Assembly: GCA_965228475.1 (NCBI GenBank)
Contig: OZ245817.1
Span: forward strand, 1,664,001-1,728,000
Source of the DNA: Myxococcota bacterium
GTDB lineage: Bacteria; Myxococcota_A; UBA9160; JAFDDA01
DNA length: 64,000 bases
Direction: 5' to 3'
Position numbers and translations under genes: made by a program. Positions within the stretch are counted from its first letter, which is position 1, and every line of letters starts with the position of its first letter. Of this stretch, positions 43,199 through 51,603 are shown piece by piece. A model generated the notes under the pieces. It was not told the DNA's origin. It made no database searches and was given only the letters and a program-made list of their open reading frames with translations.

Positions 43199-44017
43199 GT
43201 GTCCGACGAGATCGAAGAGGGTGGCGGCGGCGACGGCGGTTCCCCGGCATGGATGGCGACCTTCGGCGACCTGATGAGTCTCCTGCTCTGCTTCTTCGTC
43301 CTCCTGCTCTCCTTCGCGACCATGGACATCATCAAGTTCACCCAGATGGTGGGGTCGCTGCAGAGCGCCTTCGGCGTCCAGCAGGAGATCGTCGCCGATT
43401 TCCGGTCGCTCTCGACGTCGCCCATCGAGTTCTCGGCGACGCCGTCCTCGCCCCAGCTCGACATCCTCGAGACGCCGACCACGGGCCACAGCCAGAGCGA
43501 CGAGTCGCGCCGGCTCGTGACCGAGATCGAGCGCGTGGTCCGGGAGCTCCAGCTCGAAGACGCCGTCGAGGTCGAGAACGAGCAGCGCGGCGTCGTCCTG
43601 CGCGTGAGCGGGAAGCTCCTGTTCGGCTCCGGCGGGACGGAGATCAGCGAGGAGTCCGCGCCGCTGCTCGAGCGGATCTCGGAGATCGCGGGCAAGGTCT
43701 CCAACCAGATCAGCATCGAGGGGCACAGCGACGACCAGCACATCGAGAGCGAGCGTTATCCGAGCAACTGGCACCTGGCGGCCGGCCGTGCGATCTCGAC
43801 CCTCGACCACCTCTCCGAGGAGAACGGCCTCGACCGCTCGCGCATGAGCGCCACCTCTTATGGGGAGACCCGCCCGCTCGTCCCCAACGATTCCGAGGGC
43901 GGCCGCTCGACGAACCGCCGCGTGGAGTTCGTCTTCCTGCGCGATTCCCACGCGACCTCGCGCTACGCGCCCGGTTCCCCGGCCCGGGTCCTCGAAGAGG
44001 CGGGGATTTTCGACTGA
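43199..44017 (+). CDS. motB: Flagellar stator B subunit (PomB-like)
   Basis: WMATFGDLMSLLLCFFVLL TM; OmpA-like domain with EGHSD, SNWHL, NRRVE. Confidence 0.95.
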   Translation: MSDEIEEGGGGDGGSPAWMATFGDLMSLLLCFFVLLLSFATMDIIKFTQMVGSLQSAFGVQQEIVADFRSLSTSPIEFSATPSSPQLDILETPTTGHSQSDESRRLVTEIERVVRELQLEDAVEVENEQRGVVLRVSGKLLFGSGGTEISEESAPLLERISEIAGKVSNQISIEGHSDDQHIESERYPSNWHLAAGRAISTLDHLSEENGLDRSRMSATSYGETRPLVPNDSEGGRSTNRRVEFVFLRDSHATSRYAPGSPARVLEEAGIFD

Positions 44018-44144
44018 CGAGGCCGCCCGAACCGTTCGCCGTGAAACGCTTGCAACATCCCGTTTCAACAAGGATTTCAAGCTGAGCGGCGGCCCCCTCG
44101 ATTCCCCCGGCGCGGTTTTTCGCATGGAATCGCGGAGTTGGAGC

Positions 44145-44171
44145 TAAAGACCGCGTGTGACTCGCCGATCC
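44145..44171 (+). promoter_or_regulatory. sigma28-type promoter of the kinase/response regulator genes
   Basis: TAAAG-N14-GCCGATCC. Confidence 0.7.
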
Positions 44172-44209
44172 CTGGGCCTGTAGGTGGCTCAAAATGAGGG
44201 GGATCGAAA

Positions 44210-45013
44210 GTGAGTCAGCGGAAGGCATCGCGGCCTGAAAGGCCGGACGCTTCAGATCGCACGGCACGGGCCCCCGAGGCGCCGGCCTGCGAGCCGCCCT
44301 CCGAGATCCGGCTGCCCGCCTCCGTCGCCCACGAACTCGCGAACCCGCTCGTCGCGATGACCCAGGCCGTTTCGGTCCTGCGCGGAAGCCTCGAGGATCC
44401 CGACGACGTCGAGCTCGCCGACTGCGTCCTCACCGAAGGGCGCCGCCTCCGCCGCCTGATCCAACGCTCCGCGGCGGCGGGGTGGCGGCCGGTTCGCGCC
44501 GTCGACGCCACCGCCATCGAAGAGTTGATCCACGCCGTGGTCGCCCTGGTCCGACTCGACCCGCGCGCGCCCGCCGACGTCCGCTTCCACCTGCGCCTCG
44601 AGCCCGGCCTCGAACCCATCCCGATGGACCGCGACGCCGTGACCCAGGTGCTCTGGAACCTCGTGTTGAACGCCGTCCAGGCGGTGGACCGGGAGGGCAA
44701 CGTGACGGTCCTCGCCGAGCGGGCCACCGGCGGAGGCCTGCGCGTGGAGGTCCGGGACGACGGCCCGGGGGTTCCGGCGGGCGACGTCGAGGGTCTCTTC
44801 GCGACCGGCGTGAGCCTTCGCGCGGAAGGAACCGGCCACGGGCTCGCCGTCTCGCGGGAGATCGTCGAGGCCCACGGCGGGGCGCTGACCTTCGAACCCT
44901 CGGAGTCGGGCGGCGCCCGGGTCCGCTTCTTGCTCCCCCGCAACGGCCCTCCCTCGCACGCAGGAACCTCGGAAACCCAAACGGACCCCACGGGCTCGCG
45001 CCCGACGAACTGA
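44210..45013 (+). CDS. Cytoplasmic histidine kinase without a sensor domain
   Basis: AHELANPL, NLVLNAVQA, DDGPG, GTGHGL. Confidence 0.85.
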   Translation: MSQRKASRPERPDASDRTARAPEAPACEPPSEIRLPASVAHELANPLVAMTQAVSVLRGSLEDPDDVELADCVLTEGRRLRRLIQRSAAAGWRPVRAVDATAIEELIHAVVALVRLDPRAPADVRFHLRLEPGLEPIPMDRDAVTQVLWNLVLNAVQAVDREGNVTVLAERATGGGLRVEVRDDGPGVPAGDVEGLFATGVSLRAEGTGHGLAVSREIVEAHGGALTFEPSESGGARVRFLLPRNGPPSHAGTSETQTDPTGSRPTN

Positions 45014-45029
45014 GCAAGGAGCACGAGAC

Positions 45030-46418
45030 GTGTCCCAGATTCTCGTCGTCGACGACGAAAAGACGATCCGCATGGCCCAGGCCACGGCCCTGCGGCGAGC
45101 GGGTTTCGACGTAGAAACCGCCGCCACGGGGGAAGAGGCCGTGGCGATGGTGCGCGACACCCCCTTCGGCCTGGTCCTGAGCGACGTTCGGCTCCAGGGG
45201 ATGGACGGGATGGAGGTGCTGCGCGCCGTCCGCGCGGCGAGCCCGGGCACCCAGGTGATCCTGATGACGAGCTTCGGCACCGTCGAGGACGCCGTCGAGG
45301 CGATGCAGCTCGGCGCCCACAGCTACGTCCGCAAGCCCATCGAGATGGCCGACCTCGAGCCGATCGTCCGCGAATGCCTCGCGGCGGGCGGCAGCGGGGC
45401 GGAGTCCGCGGCGGCCCCGCCGAGCCAGCGCGCCGACGCCGGGCGCGATTCCTTCGCCGGCATCATCGGCGACTCCCGCAAGATGCGGGAGCTGCTCGAG
45501 CTCGTCGGCAAGGTCGCCGACACGGACAGCACCGTCCTGATCACCGGGGAGACGGGCACCGGCAAGGAGCTCGTCGGGCGCGCGATCCACAACGCGAGCC
45601 GGCGCCGCGAGCGCGTCTTCAGCGCAGTGAACTCGGCGGCCTTCCCCGAGACGCTCCTCGAAAGCGAGCTGTTCGGGCATCGCCGCGGAGCCTTCACCGG
45701 AGCGAGCAGCAACAAGAAGGGGCTGTTCGAGCACGCCCACCAGGGCACGGTGTTCCTCGACGAGGTCGCCGAGATGCCGCTCTCGATGCAGGCGAAGCTG
45801 CTGCGCTTCCTGCAGACCGGCGAGATCCGCCCCGTGGGCGGGGAGGCCACGCGTCTCGTCGACGTCCGCCTCGTCACCGCCACCAACAAGAATCTCGAGG
45901 ACGAGGTCGCCCGCCGAACGTTCCGGGAAGACCTGTACTACCGGCTGGCGGTGATCCCGGTGCACGTGCCGCCGCTGCGCGACCGCATCGAGGACGTCCC
46001 GCTCCTGGCGCGCCACTTCCTGCGCGGCTTTGCTGCGAAGATCGGGAAGGACGTCGGCGAAGTGAGCGACGAGGCCATGCAGGCCCTGCTCGCCTACGAC
46101 TGGCCCGGCAACGTGCGCGAGCTCGAGAACTCGATCGAGCGCGCCGTGGCCCTCTGCCGCACCGATCGCGTCCTGCGCGACGACCTGCCCGGGCGCATCC
46201 TCGAGCGCCGCGTCGCCCTGCCGTCGAACGGCATCCAGAGCCTTCAGACCCTCGAGCGCGCCCACATCATCGACACGCTCGAGAAGGTCGGCTGGAGCCG
46301 CAAGCGCGCGGCCGAGCTGTTGAACATCTCCACCACCACGCTCTGGCGCCGGCTCAAGGAGTTCGGGATCGACGCGTCCGCATCGCGCCCGCCCGAGTCC
46401 GTCCAGCCGCAGCCCTAG
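45030..46418 (+). CDS. sigma54-dependent response regulator (NtrC/AtoC family)
   Basis: Receiver domain; GETGTGKE, ESELFGH..GAFTGA, WPGNVRELEN; Fis-type HTH. Confidence 0.95.
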   Translation: MSQILVVDDEKTIRMAQATALRRAGFDVETAATGEEAVAMVRDTPFGLVLSDVRLQGMDGMEVLRAVRAASPGTQVILMTSFGTVEDAVEAMQLGAHSYVRKPIEMADLEPIVRECLAAGGSGAESAAAPPSQRADAGRDSFAGIIGDSRKMRELLELVGKVADTDSTVLITGETGTGKELVGRAIHNASRRRERVFSAVNSAAFPETLLESELFGHRRGAFTGASSNKKGLFEHAHQGTVFLDEVAEMPLSMQAKLLRFLQTGEIRPVGGEATRLVDVRLVTATNKNLEDEVARRTFREDLYYRLAVIPVHVPPLRDRIEDVPLLARHFLRGFAAKIGKDVGEVSDEAMQALLAYDWPGNVRELENSIERAVALCRTDRVLRDDLPGRILERRVALPSNGIQSLQTLERAHIIDTLEKVGWSRKRAAELLNISTTTLWRRLKEFGIDASASRPPESVQPQP

Positions 46419-46472
46419 CCACGCCCGGTCGGCGCTAGCCACGGCTAGTCACCAGGTTCGGAGGATCCATCC

Positions 46473-47048
46473 ATGGCCGAAGAAGAGACCACCGAAAGCA
46501 CCGAGGAAGAAGCCGCCGCCGAAGGCGGAGGCAAGAGCTCGCTCATCATGATGATCGGCGCTGCGGTCGCGGCGCTCGGCGTCGGGGCGGGCGCGGCCTA
46601 CGTGGCGATCAAACCCGATGCGGACCGGCTCGCCGAGCTCGAGGCCCAGGTGGCCGCGGAGGGCGAGATCGAAGCCGGCGACGCCGCGACGATGGAGGAG
46701 GGCGCCGAGGCGACGGGAGACGTCGCCGCCGGCGGCGAAGCCTTCGCCGAGCGCGTGCTGGCCCTCGAGCCCTTCGTCGTGAACATCACGGGCCACGACT
46801 ACGCCCGCTACCTGAAGGTGAAGATCGAGCTCGAGGCCGAATCGCCCACCGTGCGAACGGAGCTCGAGGAACGCCTGCCCCAGGTGCGCGACGGCGTGAT
46901 CGTCCTGCTTTCCTCTCGCCGCCTCTCGGACGTGACGGACTTCGAGGGGAAGGTGCTGCTCAAGGAGGCCATCGCCGAGCGCATCAACGGGATGCTCGAG
47001 TCGGGCGCGGTCCGGCAGGTGATGTTCACGGAGTTCGTCGTCCAGTGA
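46473..47048 (+). CDS. fliL: Flagellar basal body-associated protein FliL
   Basis: N-terminal TM; LEPFVVN, RYLKV, PQVRD, FTEFVVQ. Confidence 0.92.
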   Translation: MAEEETTESTEEEAAAEGGGKSSLIMMIGAAVAALGVGAGAAYVAIKPDADRLAELEAQVAAEGEIEAGDAATMEEGAEATGDVAAGGEAFAERVLALEPFVVNITGHDYARYLKVKIELEAESPTVRTELEERLPQVRDGVIVLLSSRRLSDVTDFEGKVLLKEAIAERINGMLESGAVRQVMFTEFVVQ

Positions 47049-47977
47049 GTGAAGGGGCCGTCCGCGGAGACGTCCTCTCGCGGGACGAGCTCGATGCGCT
47101 CCTGGCCACCCTGGCCGACGAGCGCAGCGAGAAGGATGGCGAGCGCGCGGGCGCCGGCCGCGAGGGCGGACGCGCGCGCGCCTCTGCGCCGACCGCACTG
47201 GGACGCCACCTCGAACACTGGGCCCACGAGCAGGCCCGCCGCCTTTCCTCGGTCCATCAGACGACCGTCCAGTTTCCGCTCTCCCGTTGGGAGACCATGT
47301 CCTCCGGCGAGCTCGCCGAGGCCATTCCTCCCTCGGACCTCCTGACGGTCGTCGAGTTCTCGCCGAACAACGCCGTCGGCTACCTGTGGCTCGGCCGTCC
47401 GCTGCTCTTCTCGATGATGGCGCTCTCCTACGGCGCACCGAGCGTCAAGGCTGCCGCGCCGGTGGCGCGCCCGTACACGCGGATCGAGAAGCGCTACTAC
47501 CGCCACTTCTCGAGCGAGCTGCTCTCGACCCTCGATGCCGCCTGGCAGGATCTGGTGGAGCTTCGCTCCCGCGTCCTCACCGTGGACGGTCTCGACCGCC
47601 TCTACGAGGACGCCCACGACCCGATGCTCGTCGCCACCTTCGAGGTGGAGGGCCTTTCGGACTTCGGGCGGATGCGTCTGGCGCTGCCGGCGGGGCCCTT
47701 CGAATCCCTGGCGGGCAGCCCCGCGCGGGTCGCACCCACGCGGCGCTGCGAGCTCGAGGACGCCGTGCTCGACACCGCGGTTTCCCTGCGAGTCGAAGCC
47801 GGGGGACTCGACCTGACCCTGCGTGCCCTCGCCGGGCTCGAGGTCGGCCAGGTGCTTCCGCTCGACACCGAGCGGGATGGCGAATTCGTGGTCCGGATCG
47901 AAGGGCGCCCGAAGTTCCGGGGGCTGCGGGGGGCCGTGGGCAACCGGCTCGCGATCCAGATCACCGAACGGCTCTAG
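47045..47977 (+). CDS. fliM: Flagellar motor switch protein FliM (divergent)
   Basis: LSRDELDALL CheY-binding-like motif, RPYTRIE, C-terminal SpoA domain; synteny. Confidence 0.85.
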   Translation: MSEGAVRGDVLSRDELDALLATLADERSEKDGERAGAGREGGRARASAPTALGRHLEHWAHEQARRLSSVHQTTVQFPLSRWETMSSGELAEAIPPSDLLTVVEFSPNNAVGYLWLGRPLLFSMMALSYGAPSVKAAAPVARPYTRIEKRYYRHFSSELLSTLDAAWQDLVELRSRVLTVDGLDRLYEDAHDPMLVATFEVEGLSDFGRMRLALPAGPFESLAGSPARVAPTRRCELEDAVLDTAVSLRVEAGGLDLTLRALAGLEVGQVLPLDTERDGEFVVRIEGRPKFRGLRGAVGNRLAIQITERL

Positions 47978-48007
47978 GCCTCGCGAGTTCGCGAGGGGAG
48001 AAGAGAG

Positions 48008-48346
48008 ATGTCCGAAGAAGCGACCGTCGAGAACGCAGAAGAGATCCCGCAGGAGGCTGCGCCCGCCGCCGCAGGCATGGAGGCGCAGAAGGCCGGCGAC
48101 GGCCTCGATCTCGTCCTCGACGTCCCGTTGCACGTGACCGTCGAGGTCGGCGGCGCCCGCATGAACGTCCGCGAGATCCTCCAGCTCGCGAAGGGCTCGG
48201 TGGTCGAGCTGGATCGCTCCTCGGGCGAACCCGCCGACGTGCTCGTCAACGGGCGCGTGGTGGCGCGGGGAGAACTGACGGTCGTCGACGACCAGGTCGC
48301 GGTGCGGATCGTCGAAGTGGTCGGAACCGCGGGCGCCGGGCACTAG
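48008..48346 (+). CDS. fliN: Flagellar motor switch protein FliN
   Basis: LDVPLHVTVEVG, GSVVELDR..GEP, ARGE. Confidence 0.95.
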   Translation: MSEEATVENAEEIPQEAAPAAAGMEAQKAGDGLDLVLDVPLHVTVEVGGARMNVREILQLAKGSVVELDRSSGEPADVLVNGRVVARGELTVVDDQVAVRIVEVVGTAGAGH

Positions 48347-48381
48347 GCCGGCGTCCGGGGAAGGAAAGGGGGCACCGGGGG

Positions 48382-49449
48382 GTGTGGCTCGAATCCGTAT
48401 CGGCTCTGCTCATGGTCCTGGGCGTCTTGATCGCCCTGCGGCTCGCCTTGCGCGGCGTTCTGCCCCGGGTCTCGGCCCGTCGGAGCGTCCGCGTGACGGA
48501 GTCCTGTGCGCTCGGTGGGAAGCAGCGTCTCCTGGTCGTCGAGGTGGACGGGGAGCGGCTCCTGCTTGGGGCCGGGGAAGGCTCGATCGAACTCCTTCGC
48601 GAGCTCCCGCCGGCGCCGGCCAAGGAATCGGAAGAAGCGAGCGACGGGCCGGACGTGGAGGGCTGGTGGCAGACCGTGCGCCAGGTGCTCCGCACGGCGG
48701 GGATCGGCGCGGCCCTGGCGCTGTGTCTGGGGGCCGCGGAGCCGGCCTTCGCCCAGACCGTCTCGACCGCGGGCGACGGCTCCTCCGTGACCCTCTCCCT
48801 CGAGGGCGCCACCGCGCCGGATCGAATTTCGTCGACGCTGCAGATCGTCCTGCTGATGACGCTGCTCTCCGTCGCACCCTCCCTGCTCCTGGTCGCGACG
48901 TCCTTCACGCGCATCGTCATCGTGCTGTCGCTGTTGCGGCAGGCCATGGGCATCCACCAGCTCCCGCCGAACCAGATCATCGTCGGTCTCGCGCTCTTCA
49001 CCACCTTCTACGTGATGGCGCCGGTCGGAGCCGAGATGAAGGAGACGGCCTACGACCCCTACGTCGCCGGGGAGATCGGGGAGGAGGAGCTTCTCGAGCG
49101 CGGCGTGAAGCCCGTGCACACCTTCATGACCCAACACACGCGGGAGTCGGACCTGGCGCTGTTCGCCGACCTCGCGGGCAAGACCCTGCCCGAGGATCCG
49201 GCCGACATCCGCTTCTCGAACCTGCTCCCGGCGTTCCTGATCAGCGAGATCCGCACGGCCTTCGAGATCGGCTTCATGGTCTATCTGCCGTTCCTGATCG
49301 TGGACCTCGTCATCGCGAGCATGCTGATCTCGATGGGCATGATCGTCCTGCCCCCGATCATCATCTCCCTTCCGTTCAAGATCATGCTGTTCGTCCTGCT
49401 CGACGGCTGGAACCTGATCATCAAGGCCCTGGTCTCGGGATTGCTGTAG
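48382..49449 (+). CDS. fliP: FliO-FliP fusion protein
   Basis: FliO part (LGGKQRLLVVEVDGERLLLG) is in frame, with no stop, with a signal peptide and FliP (TSFTRIVIVL, PPNQ, ISLPFKIMLFVLLDGW). Confidence 0.9.
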   Translation: MWLESVSALLMVLGVLIALRLALRGVLPRVSARRSVRVTESCALGGKQRLLVVEVDGERLLLGAGEGSIELLRELPPAPAKESEEASDGPDVEGWWQTVRQVLRTAGIGAALALCLGAAEPAFAQTVSTAGDGSSVTLSLEGATAPDRISSTLQIVLLMTLLSVAPSLLLVATSFTRIVIVLSLLRQAMGIHQLPPNQIIVGLALFTTFYVMAPVGAEMKETAYDPYVAGEIGEEELLERGVKPVHTFMTQHTRESDLALFADLAGKTLPEDPADIRFSNLLPAFLISEIRTAFEIGFMVYLPFLIVDLVIASMLISMGMIVLPPIIISLPFKIMLFVLLDGWNLIIKALVSGLL

Positions 49450-49451
49450 GC

Positions 49452-49721
49452 ATGGAGATGGAGCAGATCACGACGCTCTTGCGCTCGACGATCTTCACGG
49501 CGCTGCTGGTCTCCTCGCCGGTGCTGATGGCGGCGCTGTCCGTCGGTCTCATCATCTCGATCCTGCAGGCCGCAACGCAGGTGAACGAGCAGACCCTCAC
49601 CTTCGTGCCGAAGATCGTCGCCGTGCTGGGCACCTTCGCGCTGCTCTTCCCGTGGATCTTCGGGACGGTCCGCGACTACGGCATCTACCTGATGGAATAC
49701 GCCGTGAAGGTCGCGCCATGA
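49452..49721 (+). CDS. fliQ: Flagellar export protein FliQ
   Basis: VGLIISILQAATQVNEQTLTFVPK. Confidence 0.96.
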   Translation: MEMEQITTLLRSTIFTALLVSSPVLMAALSVGLIISILQAATQVNEQTLTFVPKIVAVLGTFALLFPWIFGTVRDYGIYLMEYAVKVAP

Positions 49722-49737
49722 GCAGCGGAGCTCCTTC

Positions 49738-50511
49738 ATGAGCGTCCACTTCGCGATGGACGAGGTCGTGCTGCTGATGCTCGGCGCCATCCGAATGGCG
49801 GCGTTGCTGCTCTCGGCACCGATCTTCGGTCACATGGCCGTTTCGGCACGGGTGCGCGTGATGATCGCGCTCTCGGTGGTCCTGGCGCTGCCGCTCGAGC
49901 CGGCCCCCGGATTCGACCCGAGGGAACTCTCGGCGATCGTCCTGCTCGCGGCGGGCGGCCGGGAGGTCCTGATCGGCGTGATGATCGGCTTCGGGACCCG
50001 GCTTCTGTTCGCGGCGTTCAGCCTCTTCGGCGAGATCCTCTCGATCGAATCGGGTCTTTCCCACGCCCGCGTCCTCGACCCGAACACCGGCGGGACCTCG
50101 GTGGCGCTCGCCTCGTTGTTCGACCTCTTCGTGATCGGCGTCTTCTTCGCGGTGGGCGGCCATCACTGGATGATCGAGACCTTCGCGCTCTCCTTCCAGA
50201 CCTGGCCGATCGGAGGAGGGGCCCCCGCTGCCGGGTTCTTCTTCGAGATCGCGAGCATGGGCGGAAAGCTCTTCAGCATGGCGCTCCAGCTCGCCATGCC
50301 CGTGGTCGTCGCGATGACCCTTTCGAACCTGGGGCTCGGCATCCTCGCGCGCGCGGTGCCCCAGCTCAACTTGATGATGCTGCAGCTCCCGGCCCACGTG
50401 GTCATGGGGCTCGCCATGTTGAGCTTCGGCTCGGGCGCGCTGATCCGCGCTTCCGGGCGGGAGATCCTCGCGTGGAGCGAGATGCTCGCTCGGCTGGTCG
50501 GAGGGGTCTAG
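49738..50511 (+). CDS. fliR: Flagellar export protein FliR
   Basis: APIFG, GGHHW, LARAVPQLN; synteny. Confidence 0.93.
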   Translation: MSVHFAMDEVVLLMLGAIRMAALLLSAPIFGHMAVSARVRVMIALSVVLALPLEPAPGFDPRELSAIVLLAAGGREVLIGVMIGFGTRLLFAAFSLFGEILSIESGLSHARVLDPNTGGTSVALASLFDLFVIGVFFAVGGHHWMIETFALSFQTWPIGGGAPAAGFFFEIASMGGKLFSMALQLAMPVVVAMTLSNLGLGILARAVPQLNLMMLQLPAHVVMGLAMLSFGSGALIRASGREILAWSEMLARLVGGV

Positions 50512-50514
50512 TCC

Positions 50515-51603
50515 ATGGCCGAAGGCGAAAAGACCGAGCCGGCCACCGCGAAGAAGCGGCAGGACGCCCGCGACCAGGGCGACGTCGCGACCTCGCGTGA
50601 GGTGCCGTCCGTGCTCGTACTGCTCGTGGTGCTGATCGGCCTCCTCGCCGGCATCGGCACGTCGGTGGTGTCGACCGTCGGCACGCAGTCCTACGACGTC
50701 TGGAGCGGCAAGGAGATCCACCCGACGACGATGGCGGACTTCCACGCCGTCCTGATCCACCACGGCCAGCGCACCATGATCGCCCTCACGCCCATCCTCG
50801 GCCTGATCATGCTGGCGGGACTCGCGAGCTACTGGCTCCAGACCGGACCCATGTGGGCGAGCAAGGCGCTCGGCTGGAAGTGGAGCCGCGTCAGCTTCTT
50901 CAAGGGCATGAAGCGGCTGGTGGACAAGAACAAGATCTTCGAGCTGGCGAAGGCGCCGGTCAAGATCGCGATCATCGTCGTGGCCGCATGGTTCACCATC
51001 GCCGACGACCTCGAGCAGGTCTACGTCCTGGTCGACGCCTCGATCTGGACGGCGATGACCGAGATGGGCCGCATGGCGGTCGAGATGTGCATCCTCGCGA
51101 TCATCATGCTCACCTTCCTGGCGATCGCCGACGTCTTCTGGACGCGGTATCGCCACGAAGAGAAGCTCAAGATGACCAAGCAGGAGGTCCGCGACGAGCA
51201 CAAGCAGCGCGACGGCGACCCGCAGATCAAGAGCCGCATGCGCCAGATGCAGCGGGAGCTCACGCGACAGCGCATGATCCGCGACGTCGCGGAGGCCGAC
51301 GTCGTGGTGACCAACCCGACGCACTTCTCCGTGGCCCTCTCCTACAAGCAGGCGGCCGCCGGCGCACCGAAGGTGATCGCCAAGGGGCGCGGATACGTCG
51401 CGCTCCGCATCCGGGAGGAGGCGCGAAAGCACGGCATCCCCCTGGTCGAGAACCGGCCCCTGGCCCAGGTCCTCTACAAGACCGTCGAGGTCGGGCGCGA
51501 GGTGCCCGAGAACCTCTATCAGGCCGTGGCCGAGGTGCTGGCCTACGTCTACCGCCTGCGCGGGGGCCGCCCGGCGCCCGCCGCCGCGGCCGGGGTGGCC
51601 TGA
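50515..51603 (+). CDS. flhB: Flagellar export switch protein FlhB
   Basis: EKTEPAT, KMTKQEVRDE, NPTH autocleavage motif. Confidence 0.97.
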   Translation: MAEGEKTEPATAKKRQDARDQGDVATSREVPSVLVLLVVLIGLLAGIGTSVVSTVGTQSYDVWSGKEIHPTTMADFHAVLIHHGQRTMIALTPILGLIMLAGLASYWLQTGPMWASKALGWKWSRVSFFKGMKRLVDKNKIFELAKAPVKIAIIVVAAWFTIADDLEQVYVLVDASIWTAMTEMGRMAVEMCILAIIMLTFLAIADVFWTRYRHEEKLKMTKQEVRDEHKQRDGDPQIKSRMRQMQRELTRQRMIRDVAEADVVVTNPTHFSVALSYKQAAAGAPKVIAKGRGYVALRIREEARKHGIPLVENRPLAQVLYKTVEVGREVPENLYQAVAEVLAYVYRLRGGRPAPAAAAGVA

